Counted from the stretch's first letter, positions 18,271 to 29,063 are shown. The stretch is DNA of 64,000 bases from Candidatus Latescibacterota bacterium (GCA_965248755.1 OZ252149.1:3648001-3712000); one strand, 5' to 3'. Notes: generated from the letters alone by a model not told the origin. Numbers and translations: made by a program.

Positions 18271-20292
18271 CTATGGGGATGCCAAGAAGTCTCTCCTTTT
18301 TATGTTATACTTTTCCATCTTATTATACATAGTCCTCCTGTTCATGCCCGCCGTCTTTGCGGCAAGGCTTATGTTGCCCTTGCATCTGGTAAGCACCTTT
18401 CGCAGATACTCTCCTTCGACCTCGGCAATTGCCCTCTCTTTCACCTCATCCAACGGAAGACTGTCATCTATCGTGACAGTGTCAATTCCCCCCATCTTCT
18501 GAATTGTCCTGCTGGGAATCTCAATGTGAGTCAAAGAAGAGCCCTTCTGCATCAGGACAGCCCTCTCGATGAGATTCTCAAGCTCCCTTACGTTTCCGGG
18601 CCATTGGTGTGACGCCATGTCCGATAAGATGTCCGGTTCGATATGCCGTATATCCTTATTTAGCTTCCCACACGCCTTCGTTAAGAAATGGTAAGCCAGG
18701 AGAGGAATATCCTCAATCCTTTCCCTTAAGGGAGGAAGATGTATGGGCACAACATTAAGTCTGAAATAGAGGTCTTTTCTGAAGGAACCCTCTCTTTCGA
18801 GTTCTTCCAAGGGGAGGCTGGAGGCGGAGATTATCCTGACGTCCGCCTCTATCTCATCTTCGCCTCCGACCCTTGTAAATATCTTCTCTTCGATCACCCT
18901 CAAGAGTTTAATCTGCATAGGGTAAGGTATATCTCCTACCTCATCCAAGAAGAGCGTTCCCCCACCTGAGAGCTCTATTTTTCCGATCCTTTTTCTATCG
19001 GCGCCTGTGAAGGCGCCCTTTTCGTGGCCGAACAGCTCGCTTTCAAAAAGGGACTCAGGAATAGCTGCGCAGTTGAGGGACACGAATGGACTGTCGTGTC
19101 TGTCGCTACCTAAATGAATCGCCTTGGCTATCAGATTCTTGCCCGTCCCGGTCTCCCCCCTTATGATAACGGTCGTATCGCTTTGAGAGACCACCCGTAC
19201 TAAGTTTAAGACCTTTAACATCTCTTCACTTGTGCCTATGATGTTGTCTACGTTGTATCTTTCGCCGAGCTCCCTTCTGATAAGGTTTAGGTCCCTGTGG
19301 TTTCTCTGCATCTTTATGGCGTCGGCCAACTGGCCTGAGAGTGTCTCCAGGGCCTTCACGTCACCTTGATCGAATGCACTTGTTCTGTCGCTTTCGACGT
19401 TTAAGACCCCTATCACCTTTTCATCCACCAGCACGGGCACGCAGATTTCCGAGCCTGTCTTGAGCCCGTTGACCACCACGTATGTAGGTTCCTTGCTCAC
19501 ATCGTTTGCAAGCAGAGTCTTCCCGTTTCTTGCTGCCCATCCCAACATTCCTACCCCGAGGCTCTGTCCGTGCCCCCTTCTAACGATGCCCCGGTAGGCA
19601 CCCGCATGAGCCGTCAAAACCAGATTCTGTCCCGATTCATCCAGCATAAACAAAGACACATTGTAATAGTTCAGGTTCTCTCTTATCGAGACGACAGCCA
19701 TATCCAAAAATTCCTCAAGTTGCTTCTTGAGGATATTCTGACGGCCCAGACGATTTATGAGATCAAGCTGAATGTCGCGTTTCCTTTCCAGGGATCCCCG
19801 ACCGCTCAGGACATCGCCCAAAAGATCGGCATGTTCCGAAAGACTCTCCAGATTTTCCGTCTGTATCTTGCTCTCCCTGAGGGAAGCTATATTAAGAGTT
19901 CCGATGAGACCATTTTCGTAGACAAGCGGAATAACACCGACCTCAACAGCCTCTATCCCGGGGAAGAGCTCTTCAGCAATTCTTTGCACCCTTTTGGTAA
20001 TAACATCGGGATTTCCTTGGGACGCTATCCTTTTAAGTATCTTTGCACAAGTAGCGCGTCCACTGCCAGATGAAGTCCACCGCGGCAGAATCACGATCAT
20101 ACCGTCATCTGAAGAGTCAAACAGACAGAGACTAACACCATCTATCCCTTGATACTCTTTGATAGCCCTGAAGACCCCACCCACAGCAGATCCGATGTCA
20201 TAGACGGGTATATAAGACCTCCATATCCATAGGTTGTATAATCTAGAACACACTGTATATACTATTATACACTTGATTCGCTTCCCAGTCAA
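18271..20292 (-). CDS. Sigma-54-dependent enhancer-binding protein (GAF-AAA+-Fis HTH); start uncertain
   Basis: GETGTGK, ESELFGHEKGAFTGA, LFLDEVGD, WPGNVRELEN, C-terminal HTH. Confidence 0.92.
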   Translation of the reverse strand: MTGKRIKCIIVYTVCSRLYNLWIWRSYIPVYDIGSAVGGVFRAIKEYQGIDGVSLCLFDSSDDGMIVILPRWTSSGSGRATCAKILKRIASQGNPDVITKRVQRIAEELFPGIEAVEVGVIPLVYENGLIGTLNIASLRESKIQTENLESLSEHADLLGDVLSGRGSLERKRDIQLDLINRLGRQNILKKQLEEFLDMAVVSIRENLNYYNVSLFMLDESGQNLVLTAHAGAYRGIVRRGHGQSLGVGMLGWAARNGKTLLANDVSKEPTYVVVNGLKTGSEICVPVLVDEKVIGVLNVESDRTSAFDQGDVKALETLSGQLADAIKMQRNHRDLNLIRRELGERYNVDNIIGTSEEMLKVLNLVRVVSQSDTTVIIRGETGTGKNLIAKAIHLGSDRHDSPFVSLNCAAIPESLFESELFGHEKGAFTGADRKRIGKIELSGGGTLFLDEVGDIPYPMQIKLLRVIEEKIFTRVGGEDEIEADVRIISASSLPLEELEREGSFRKDLYFRLNVVPIHLPPLRERIEDIPLLAYHFLTKACGKLNKDIRHIEPDILSDMASHQWPGNVRELENLIERAVLMQKGSSLTHIEIPSRTIQKMGGIDTVTIDDSLPLDEVKERAIAEVEGEYLRKVLTRCKGNISLAAKTAGMNRRTMYNKMEKYNIKRRDFLASP

Positions 20293-20464
20293 TGGTATTC
20301 TTGGGATATTCTTGGGAAGGATACTTGAACGTTATTCGAAATATATGTGTACCCAAGACCACAGTCCCTTTTATATCGAAGACCAATCTTTACTGACCGT
20401 TTACAGGTAATAACACATTGAGTATACAACTGTTACGTATAGGTTATTCCTATGGGTGGTTCTA

Positions 20465-20479
20465 TGGCACTGTACTTGC
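20465..20479 (+). promoter_or_regulatory. Sigma-54 -24/-12 promoter
   Basis: TGGCAC-TGTAC-TTGC, divergent from the EBP gene. Confidence 0.8.
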
Positions 20480-20634
20480 GAGTACTGAGTACTTCTGGTA
20501 TGCACGGTAAACTACAATCTGTAACCAGCGGCAGACAGAAGGGAGGTGATTAAGTCTATACCTGATCTGAAAGAACGTAGATAGAACTACAGATGTCAAA
20601 CGCTCATAAGCAGAAAAAGAAAAGGAGTGAAGTA

Positions 20635-21525
20635 ATGATAAAAACATTTTCAGTTTTGTCGTTGTCTGTAATGTGTGCTCTATTATCGCTTCAAGGCGTC
20701 GGTTATGCTCAGACTCACTTTACTGCCGTGGTGGATGTAGATCAGGAGGTTCCTGTTCCTGAAATTCCTGAGGGCCTCAATCCGACCGGAACAGGCTCGT
20801 TTACGCTCAATGACGACGAGACAGAGTTGACATTCCACATCACTGTCACAGACCTGAGCGGTCCAATGACCGCCGGCCATTTCCACATGGCTTCGGCGGG
20901 TGTGTCAGGTGGCGTCGTCCGCGGCTTTTCAGCGGATGAGGTCTCTGGAAACACCATATCCGGGGTCTGGAGCAGCGCAGACGCTGCGCCTCTTTTAGTG
21001 AATGAACTTCTGGCAGGTGATATCTACGTCAACATCCATACGGGCGATAATCCACCGGGTGAAATCAGAGGTCAGGTCCTGTCCACTACGGGCATCGGCT
21101 TCACAGCTATGGTGGATGTAGATCAGGCGGTTCCTGCTCCTGCAATTCCTGAGGGCCTCACTCCTACCGGGACAGGCTCGTTCACGCTTAACCCTGCACA
21201 GACAGAGTTGACGTTCCGCATCACTGTCACAGATCTGAGCGGTCCAATAACTGCTGCCCATTTCCACATGGCTCCGGCGGGTGAGGCAGGTGGCGTCGTC
21301 CGCGGTTTTTCAGCGGATGAGGTCTCTGGAAACACAATCTCTGGTGTCTGGAGCAGCACGGACGCTGCGCCTCTTTTAGTGGTTGAACTTCTGGCAGGTA
21401 CTATCTACGTGAACATCCATACAGGCGACAACCCACCGGGTGAGATCAGAGGACAGCTACTCGCCACTACCCCCACAGCAGTAGAACCTGCTACATGGGG
21501 TAAAATAAAGAGTTCTATTAAGTAA
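20635..21525 (+). CDS. Secreted tandem CHRD-domain protein with C-terminal AVEPATWGKIK motif
   Basis: Signal peptide; two HFH..YVNIHT..PPGEIRGQ domains; RBS AAGGAG. Confidence 0.85.
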   Translation: MIKTFSVLSLSVMCALLSLQGVGYAQTHFTAVVDVDQEVPVPEIPEGLNPTGTGSFTLNDDETELTFHITVTDLSGPMTAGHFHMASAGVSGGVVRGFSADEVSGNTISGVWSSADAAPLLVNELLAGDIYVNIHTGDNPPGEIRGQVLSTTGIGFTAMVDVDQAVPAPAIPEGLTPTGTGSFTLNPAQTELTFRITVTDLSGPITAAHFHMAPAGEAGGVVRGFSADEVSGNTISGVWSSTDAAPLLVVELLAGTIYVNIHTGDNPPGEIRGQLLATTPTAVEPATWGKIKSSIK

Positions 21526-21547
21526 GTCTGCGCAACAGTGAGTAGCG

Positions 21548-21589
21548 GAAAGGGGCTGACCGGTTATTCCCGCCGGTCAGCCCCTTTTT
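21548..21589 (+). terminator. Rho-independent terminator
   Basis: AAAGGGGCTGACCGG..CCGGTCAGCCCCTTTTT. Confidence 0.85.
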
Positions 21590-21717
21590 GGTTTATTCTC
21601 TGCAAAAAGGACTTGCTCTGCTCTCCACAAGAGACTATTTTAAAAGTTGACCCAATATTGCGTCTTCAAATCCGTGGGGAGTCGGTCGAAAAAGACAGGT
21701 TTATGAAAGGCAGGACG

Positions 21718-23622
21718 ATGTCGGAAAGTGGCGATGTGGAAGGTACAGATCTTCTTAGGAAAGTTGCTGAATCGCCTAAAGCTCAGGAACTCACGCCGGT
21801 TGCGCTTGAAAATCTTAAGCATTGGCTTGAGTCCGGAAGATTTCTGGAGTTCCACGACGATGACCTGCGTCTTTTGATCGAAGAGGAACAGTTCGCCGGT
21901 CTGAACGACCGCTTCCATACGATCATTCCGTTCGGGACAGGCGGGCGGCGGGGCCCTATGGGAGTGGGAACGAATCGCATCAATCCGCAGACTATCGGCG
22001 AGTCAGCCCAGGGACTTTCTGACTATCTGCTTTCCTTGAAGATAAAGAAAGGAGACGAACACTACAGGGCCGTAATAGCCTACGATGTCCGTCACCATTC
22101 AAAAGAGTTCGCCCAGATAGTTGCAGAGGTGCTGACCGCCAACGGCATCTTTGTCCATCTTTTTCCGGACTTTCGTTCGAGTCCCGAGCTGTCTTTTGCA
22201 GTCAGAGAACTGCACGCCGACGTCGGAATCGTAATCTCAGCGTCTCACAACCCTCCCGAAGACAATGGAATTAAGGTCTACTGGTCCGACGGAGGGCAGA
22301 TAGTCCCACCGCACGATGAAAAGATCATAGATGCGGTGTCAGATGTCCGAGAGATTAGGTGCGTCAGCATTTCGGAAGCTGAAGAACGCGGGCTCTTGAG
22401 CCAGCTTGGAGATGATATTGACCAGAAGTATCTGTCGGCTGTCTTGCGCGAGGCACTTACGCACCAAGGCGATGTGGGCATAGTCTATACGCCTCTTCAC
22501 GGAGTCGGTATTACTTCTACCGTGCCGGTGCTTCGTCGCCTCGGCTACGACAAAGACCTCTATATCGTCCCCGAACAGGCAGACCCCGACGGAGACTTTT
22601 CGGGAGTGGCTAACAGTAGGCCGAACCCTGAAGAGCCATCGTCTCTAGGATTAGCCATAGAGGAAGCCAAAAGGAGGAAGGCCGATATTGTGCTTGCCAA
22701 CGATCCTGACGCCGACCGGATGGCGTCGGCCGCGCCGATTCTGCCCCATAAAGATGAGTGGAAGATACTGGACGGCAACCAGATCGGCGCCCTATTGACC
22801 TATTTTATCCTGAGTCAGCAAAAGGGCTCAGGCGAGCTTCGCAAAGATGGCCTGATAGTCAAGACCCTGGTGACGACCGAGCTAATTTCGGACATATCCA
22901 GAAGTTTTGGAATCCAGGTCGAGGGCAATCTGCTTGTGGGGTTCAAACACATCGCCCAAGTCATAAGGGAACTTGACGACCCTGGACGCTTCATCTTCGG
23001 AACGGAGGAGAGCATCGGATTCTTAAAGGGGACGTATGCTCGCGATAAGGACGGAACTGTGGCGGCGATGCTGATGGTGGAGTTGACCGCACAGTTGAAA
23101 AAAGAGGGTAGGACCCCGCATCAACTTTTGGATGAAATCTACACGAAATACGGTTACTACGAAAACGCAGTGAAAAATATCTTCCTTGAGGGGGCAGAAG
23201 GTAACTATCTAATCTTGGAGGTGATGAAAAGATTACGCAGCGATCCCCCCAAGAAGATTGCCGGACTGAAGGTATGCCAGATCAGGGACTATCTGACCGG
23301 GAAAGCCTTTGATCCCGACTCAGGGAGGACACTTCGAACTATCGAAAAGCCAGAAGGTAATCTTTTGATCTTCAATCTCTCCCAAGACGGAAGGACAAGC
23401 CTTGCGGCTAGGCCATCAGGCACAGAGCCTAAAATCAAATACTATATCAGCGTCTATTCCCCTTCAGCAGTGGGGGCAAAAGAGGGTGATCTTTATAAGA
23501 TTAAGCAAGAGGCTCAAGTTCTATCCTCCATGATAATAGAAGAGATCACAGAGATCACGATGGATGTGGTCTGCCAGAGATCATCAGACTGTAGTAGCGG
23601 CAGATCCGCGTGTCTGCCCTGA
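21718..23622 (+). CDS. pgm: Phosphoglucomutase/phosphomannomutase
   Basis: FGTGGRRG, SASHNP, DPDADR, EESIG, RPSGTEPKIK; start codon approximate. Confidence 0.9.
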   Translation: MSESGDVEGTDLLRKVAESPKAQELTPVALENLKHWLESGRFLEFHDDDLRLLIEEEQFAGLNDRFHTIIPFGTGGRRGPMGVGTNRINPQTIGESAQGLSDYLLSLKIKKGDEHYRAVIAYDVRHHSKEFAQIVAEVLTANGIFVHLFPDFRSSPELSFAVRELHADVGIVISASHNPPEDNGIKVYWSDGGQIVPPHDEKIIDAVSDVREIRCVSISEAEERGLLSQLGDDIDQKYLSAVLREALTHQGDVGIVYTPLHGVGITSTVPVLRRLGYDKDLYIVPEQADPDGDFSGVANSRPNPEEPSSLGLAIEEAKRRKADIVLANDPDADRMASAAPILPHKDEWKILDGNQIGALLTYFILSQQKGSGELRKDGLIVKTLVTTELISDISRSFGIQVEGNLLVGFKHIAQVIRELDDPGRFIFGTEESIGFLKGTYARDKDGTVAAMLMVELTAQLKKEGRTPHQLLDEIYTKYGYYENAVKNIFLEGAEGNYLILEVMKRLRSDPPKKIAGLKVCQIRDYLTGKAFDPDSGRTLRTIEKPEGNLLIFNLSQDGRTSLAARPSGTEPKIKYYISVYSPSAVGAKEGDLYKIKQEAQVLSSMIIEEITEITMDVVCQRSSDCSSGRSACLP

Positions 23623-23800
23623 AAATACTACGTTGAGACAAATTCTTACCTCCTGGCAAAGCTTGGACCTTACGTTCCCGAATAGGGCTTTTACGTCTCC
23701 GAATAGGGCTTTATAGAATTAAAATTATTGACTTCAGGTATATAATTCTTTTATATTGTAGCTATCGCGTCTATTTTCTCTTTAGACGCAGAATACGTCC

Positions 23801-24364
23801 ATGCGAATAATCTCCGGAAAAGTCAAAGGACACAGGCTGAAGGTGATTAGACGGAACTCTGTCCGTCCGACGAGCGACAGGGTCAGGGAATCCATCTTCA
23901 ACATCCTGGCAAGCAGAGTCCAGGACGCACAGGTGCTGGATCTCTTTGCCGGGACGGGTAGCTTAGGAATGGAGGCCCTTTCCAGAGGAGCCCACAGCGC
24001 CCTCTTTATAGATTCAAACGAAAGTTTAGTCAAAGTCATAAAAGAAAACCTTGGGAAACTCGGCTTTGAGGAAAGCTGCCAGGTCTGGAGAGCAAGCTGC
24101 TTCGGGGCGTTGGAAAAGATCTCCCAGTCGGATAGCAGGTTCGATCTGATATTCTCTGATCCGCCCTACAGAAAGGCTCTGACTGAGGTGGTGTTAAGAG
24201 CGTTAGACAGGTGGAACCTTCTGTCCGACGACGGCCTCATTGTGACCGAAACCTCCAAAGGGGAGGAACTCCCACAGAAGGCGTACAACTTCACAGCCTG
24301 TTCGGAGAGGGTCTACGGGGATACAAAAGTGGTATTTTGGGAAAAGCTATTATCATTTACTTAA
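23801..24364 (+). CDS. rsmD: 16S rRNA m2G966 methyltransferase
   Basis: MRIISG, RPTSDRVRES, DLFAGTG, DPPY; adjacent to coaD. Confidence 0.92.
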   Translation: MRIISGKVKGHRLKVIRRNSVRPTSDRVRESIFNILASRVQDAQVLDLFAGTGSLGMEALSRGAHSALFIDSNESLVKVIKENLGKLGFEESCQVWRASCFGALEKISQSDSRFDLIFSDPPYRKALTEVVLRALDRWNLLSDDGLIVTETSKGEELPQKAYNFTACSERVYGDTKVVFWEKLLSFT

Positions 24365-24379
24365 GAATAAGGAGGGAAT

Positions 24380-24880
24380 TTGGCAAAAGCTCTCTATCCG
24401 GGGACATTCGATCCTATAACCTATGGACATTTAGACGTAATCAAGCGCGCAATAGGGATCTTCGATCAGGTTATTGTGAGCGTAGCTTTAAGCGCTCGCA
24501 AAAGGCCGCTCTTCAGTGTGAACGAAAGAGTGGACATGATAGAACAGACGACCCAAAAGTGGGATCAGGTTTCGGTTGACATTTTCGACACCCTCCTTGT
24601 AGATTACGCAAAGGAAAAGGGAGTCGAGATAATAATACGGGGGTTAAGAGTCGTCACGGAATTTGAGTACGAGTTTCAAATGGCTCTGATTAACAGGAAA
24701 CTCTATCCCAAATTCGAGAGCATCTTTCTGATGCCGAGTGCGGAGTACACCTATTTGAGTTCCATGGTGGTGCGCGAGGTGGCAGAATTCGGCGGAGACG
24801 TGAGCAATTTCGTGCCGCCCTACATCGAAAGCAAGCTAAAAGAGAAGTTCGGCACAGATCCGATGTCGGACCCCACTTGA
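24380..24880 (+). CDS. coaD: Phosphopantetheine adenylyltransferase
   Basis: YPGTFDPITYGH, RGLR..EFEYE, LSS. Confidence 0.95.
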   Translation: MAKALYPGTFDPITYGHLDVIKRAIGIFDQVIVSVALSARKRPLFSVNERVDMIEQTTQKWDQVSVDIFDTLLVDYAKEKGVEIIIRGLRVVTEFEYEFQMALINRKLYPKFESIFLMPSAEYTYLSSMVVREVAEFGGDVSNFVPPYIESKLKEKFGTDPMSDPT

Positions 24881-24907
24881 TGGGGGGACAGAACCAGGAG
24901 AAATAAG

Positions 24908-26545
24908 ATGACGAGAGCCGATCACAAAAAGATAGCCGAATTTATAAAACCTCCGCTGATGATGCTAATTATGCAGGATTCTTTAAGCCATAAAGCTATT
25001 GTAAAACTGTGTAATCTGTGTTCTCTTTCCTACGATGGGACCCGCACACAATCTATATCTACGGAAAATCTTATTATAGATCTTGTGGATGAGTTCTACG
25101 AAGATGAAGAAAACGCAAAGACTATTACAAAGGTTTTGGAAAAGGCTAACTCCAATACAGTGAGACAGGTAAACAGAACGTCAATTGACAAACTTGCAGA
25201 TCGTATGATGGAGAGCCCTAATCATAATATTGGAAGAGACCTCTTCGCCCTGGCAGTAGACGACCGTCCTGAGGCGAACGAACTCATAGACAACCTTGCA
25301 GAAGCTCTGCTCAAGGATGAACTCTTCAAGGAAATAGACGAGTCTATAGAGGATAACGATCTTGAGGGTGAGGATGTCCTGTTGGACAGACGCGAAAGGG
25401 AAAAGAACTTCTCCAAGGAGATAGATAAACTCCGCTCCCGGTTGGGAGATCTGCAGAGAAAGAACTCCGATTTGGAGAAAATGACAGCCCAATTCTCACA
25501 GGAGAGACGTGCGCTAAAAGGGAAGATAACCGACCTACAGAGAGAGCTTAATGCCTGCCTGAAGCGGGAAGCGGCCCTCAAGAGTGAGCACGCCAATCTC
25601 AAAGAGAAATTGGACGATTCTGTAACTAGTGAAGAGAAATCTTACTCTTCGTTGCCTCTTAACCAGGTGACCAAAGATATCAGGAAGATTCAGTACAGTT
25701 TGGAAAGAATGAATCGGAACGAGAATGTAAAGAGCGACGTCCCCAATCGCTTCGTAGAGGCTGTGGGACAGAGCATATCCCAGATCAAGAAGCTCTTATC
25801 TGAAAATGTCGCCCAGGGCAAAACCTACAAGGCTGAAGTAAAGAAGTACATAGACGATATCAGATCAGACCTTCAGGTCTTCCAGTCCGAAAACAGAAAG
25901 CTGATAGGAGCAGGGGAGAGTGGGTCTGCAAGGCCTAAAGGCGATGTCGACAGGATCGGTGTCTTCGTGGATGTTCAGAACATATTCTACGCGGCAAAAC
26001 AGTTCAACTCGAGGCTCGACTTTGAAAAGCTCCTCACGACAGTCAGCGATAACAGGAGGCTGATAAGGGCTATAGCCTACGTCGTCCAATCCCCTGAAGT
26101 AGATCAAAGCGGCTTTATCACAATGCTCCAGCAGAAAAACTACCAGGTCAAGCGCAAAGACCTGAGGCTCAGAAGTGATGGCTCGGCCAAAGGGGACTGG
26201 GATATGGGTATGGCCATAGATGTTATAAGCCTTGTGGACAAGCTGGATGTGGTAGTTCTAGTCAGCGGCGACGGCGACTTTGTGTCTTTGATCAACCTGG
26301 TCAAGACAATAGGCCCGAAGGTGGAGATCTACTCCTTCCAGCACAATACTGCCAGGGACCTGATTCAAGCGGCAGATGAATACTATCCAATAGAAGAGGG
26401 CCTCTTGCTCAGAATCGACACAGGTGGGGTGCCTGCTGCGAATGCTCCGACCGCTGTGAGTGGGACACCTAGGGCAAGTAGTGACTCCGTCAGCGCTGAG
26501 GTTGAATCTTCAGAGAGCCTCGATGAGAGCCAGATAGGACCGTAG
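24908..26545 (+). CDS. Coiled-coil protein with C-terminal NYN (LabA/DUF88) domain
   Basis: VFVDVQN, KGDWD, SGDGDF. Confidence 0.85.
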   Translation: MTRADHKKIAEFIKPPLMMLIMQDSLSHKAIVKLCNLCSLSYDGTRTQSISTENLIIDLVDEFYEDEENAKTITKVLEKANSNTVRQVNRTSIDKLADRMMESPNHNIGRDLFALAVDDRPEANELIDNLAEALLKDELFKEIDESIEDNDLEGEDVLLDRREREKNFSKEIDKLRSRLGDLQRKNSDLEKMTAQFSQERRALKGKITDLQRELNACLKREAALKSEHANLKEKLDDSVTSEEKSYSSLPLNQVTKDIRKIQYSLERMNRNENVKSDVPNRFVEAVGQSISQIKKLLSENVAQGKTYKAEVKKYIDDIRSDLQVFQSENRKLIGAGESGSARPKGDVDRIGVFVDVQNIFYAAKQFNSRLDFEKLLTTVSDNRRLIRAIAYVVQSPEVDQSGFITMLQQKNYQVKRKDLRLRSDGSAKGDWDMGMAIDVISLVDKLDVVVLVSGDGDFVSLINLVKTIGPKVEIYSFQHNTARDLIQAADEYYPIEEGLLLRIDTGGVPAANAPTAVSGTPRASSDSVSAEVESSESLDESQIGP

Positions 26546-26560
26546 CGGATTGTGAACCTG

Positions 26561-27313
26561 CTATTCCCAGCCTTGATTTTCAAGTAGCTGTTCCTCTGGC
26601 ACGTCCCCACACACATAGGCGGGACATCCCATAGCTACCTTACGGGGAGGCACATCCTTTGTGACTACCGATCCTGCCGCAACAAGGGCGTCTTCCCCTA
26701 TCACCTTTCCGGGGAGTATGACCGCTCCTGCCCCTATTCTTCCCCCCCTTTTAACTGTTACACCCTTGATGTGTCTTAGTCTCTCCTGGGTCCTTCCCAC
26801 AAAGTTGTCGTTGGTGGTCGTAACCTGCGGCGACACAAATACGAAGTCCTCAAGCGTGGAGTAGGCCGTGATATAACATTCGGTCTCCAATTTGCACTTT
26901 ACTCCGACACTACAATAGTTCTCGACAGTCACACCTCTGCCGATGATAGTCAGATCGCCTATCTGGGTATTTTCTCTGACAGTGGCCAGATCTGCCACGA
27001 GCACCTTCTCCCCGACTGTGGTCCCCATATAGACGCAGGCGAAAGTGCCTATTATAGAGCCGTTTCCGATCTTTGCGGGCGCAAGGTGCTTCTCCTGTTT
27101 AAGTATGCTCCGCGCAGCCCTGAAAGGGCGCTTTCCTATGACTGCGTGATCGTCTATTCTGACGCCGTCCCCTATGATCGCATCGGGATGTATGACGACA
27201 TGGTGGCCGATCCTGCAGTCCTTGCCCACCACAGCGCCGTCACAGATTACGGCGTAGTGTCCAGCTTGTGTATCCTCTCCGACTTGAGCTTTGTCTCCGA
27301 TGAAGGCTTTCAC
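26561..27313 (-). CDS. Hexapeptide-repeat N-acetyltransferase (WbpD-like)
   Basis: Left-handed beta-helix repeats; AAGSVVTKDVP. Confidence 0.85.
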   Translation of the reverse strand: MKAFIGDKAQVGEDTQAGHYAVICDGAVVGKDCRIGHHVVIHPDAIIGDGVRIDDHAVIGKRPFRAARSILKQEKHLAPAKIGNGSIIGTFACVYMGTTVGEKVLVADLATVRENTQIGDLTIIGRGVTVENYCSVGVKCKLETECYITAYSTLEDFVFVSPQVTTTNDNFVGRTQERLRHIKGVTVKRGGRIGAGAVILPGKVIGEDALVAAGSVVTKDVPPRKVAMGCPAYVCGDVPEEQLLENQGWE

Positions 27314-27516
27314 AGAGTTCCCCTTTGCTCTTTACCCAAAGAGTTCTTCGATAGCCCTTTAACGGCGGGCCAAATGAGATTACTTTGCCCAGTTTGTGCC
27401 TTGTCCCCGAATGAGTCTATCGCGGGAATCGGGGGCTTGCTTTCTCCCCAGAAAGCGGCCGCGCAGCCCTCTATGACAAAGGCAATCTCACCTGACTACT
27501 GCATACTTGTTTACGG

Positions 27517-28455
27517 CTATTGTCTGAACAGGTTGTGAAGGTGCTCAAGCTCAGCATCTGTAGGAAGTTGGGCGTCAGAGGCGCCGAGGTTCTCCTCTAC
27601 CTGCTCCTCGGTCTTGCTGCCGGGGATTACCACAGATACAGCTTTTTGCGCTAAGACGAAGTTCAAAATCCACTGTGTAAGGCTCCTTTTACTCGGCGAC
27701 AGATATTCCTTCAGAGAATCGGCTACCTGGACTCTGCTACCGATCATTTGGGAAGGCCAATTGCACCTGATGTCGCCCTCTTCGAACCTGGAACGGGCTG
27801 TGTACTTGCCAGTCAAGAACCCGTTGGCAAGCGGCTCTCTGGCGACTATGCCGATGTTATTCTGAAGGGCAAGGGGGAAGAGTTCCTCTGCGGCTCCCTG
27901 GGAGAATATGTTATAGACAACCTGAATTGCGTCAGCTTTCCCGATCTTGATAGCTTCTATTCCCTCGACCGGTTCAAAGATTGAGACGCCTATGAATCTG
28001 ATCTTGCCGTCGTCCTTGAGCTTTTCCATAGTGTCGAAGACGGAGCCATCTTTGATCATATCCAGCGTCGGATTATGGAGCTGATAGAGGTCTATGTAGT
28101 CGGTCTCAAGCCTACTGAGACTCTGATCTACGGCAAAGGCTATGTACTCCGGGGAGAAGTTGATCCCCGGCGTGGGAGCGTAGAAATCCCCCCCGACCTT
28201 TGTGGCGATGTAAAGATCCTGCCTGTTCCTCTTGAGAGTCTGTCCCAAGATGATTTCACTCCTGCCGTGTCCGTAGACATCTGCGGTGTCGAAGAAGTTA
28301 CAACCTAAGTCGAGGGCCTTCCGTATAGCTCTTATGGATTCCTGGTCGTCAGTAGAGCCGTAGCTGTTGCCGAACTCGTTGCCGCCTATCGCCCACCCCC
28401 CGAAGCCTATCTCGGAGACTTCCAGACCGGTCCTTCCAAGTACCCTGTACTTCAT
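27517..28455 (-). CDS. Aldo/keto reductase
   Basis: DTADVYG, ATK, IDLYQLH, IPGSK. Confidence 0.92.
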   Translation of the reverse strand: MKYRVLGRTGLEVSEIGFGGWAIGGNEFGNSYGSTDDQESIRAIRKALDLGCNFFDTADVYGHGRSEIILGQTLKRNRQDLYIATKVGGDFYAPTPGINFSPEYIAFAVDQSLSRLETDYIDLYQLHNPTLDMIKDGSVFDTMEKLKDDGKIRFIGVSIFEPVEGIEAIKIGKADAIQVVYNIFSQGAAEELFPLALQNNIGIVAREPLANGFLTGKYTARSRFEEGDIRCNWPSQMIGSRVQVADSLKEYLSPSKRSLTQWILNFVLAQKAVSVVIPGSKTEEQVEENLGASDAQLPTDAELEHLHNLFRQ

Positions 28456-28467
28456 GATCTTATTCCT

Positions 28468-28893
28468 TTACGATGAATCCTTGCCCTCTGCCGGCCTCAG
28501 GGCTTCATCCACGCCGAAGCGTCTCTTAATTGTTATCAAAGCCACTACAATGGCTATAACTATGACGACAATCAGGGTTACGGTCAAAGGGACGTTGATC
28601 ACAGATTTCTGCATCTTTGTGATGTCCTCAAGCGCTATCGTGAGACTGAAGAAGTCAGGCTTCGGGGGATCTGACCCCGGCACCATTTTGGTGTAGCCCA
28701 TAAGGAGAACTTTCTCGGTTATCTTGCCTATTGTGCCCTCTATTACAGTTCTGTCTTTAAGCTCAATCGTGATATGGTTATCCTCCTCGGAGTTCTGGGC
28801 GTAAGGCTGAGACACGTCTACCTGTTTCGAGCATCCAATCCCGACGATAAGGAGAAAAGACAACATCAAAATTGATATCCCGCGGCTGGACAT
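28468..28893 (-). CDS. Putative lipoprotein with C-terminal TM helix
   Basis: Lipobox-like IVGIGC after hydrophobic stretch; RBS GGGAGGG. Confidence 0.6.
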   Translation of the reverse strand: MSSRGISILMLSFLLIVGIGCSKQVDVSQPYAQNSEEDNHITIELKDRTVIEGTIGKITEKVLLMGYTKMVPGSDPPKPDFFSLTIALEDITKMQKSVINVPLTVTLIVVIVIAIVVALITIKRRFGVDEALRPAEGKDSS

Positions 28894-29063
28894 TTGGCCC
28901 TCCCTTGTGAATTGTGAAAGATGGCTATTTTCTAAACAGTTATCTGTCCTGTCCTTTTCACAACTATTCAAATATATTCACCAATTACAATAACTAAGTT
29001 AAAATAGACATTTCCTTGCTTCTTATGCAAATAGTACTTTGAACCCCCGATTATGTTGCCGAA
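28891..29063 (-). repeat. ~170-bp leader, copy A (attC right end to ATG of lipoprotein gene)
   Basis: Near-identical to 29534-29707. Confidence 0.9.

Noticed and set aside
21538..21717. N-terminal extensions of pgm (likewise gpsA, MerR, GcvT-like and IS1380 ORFs)
   Set aside because: Longest-ORF starts run through terminators, repeats or neighbouring genes; downstream starts fit the families
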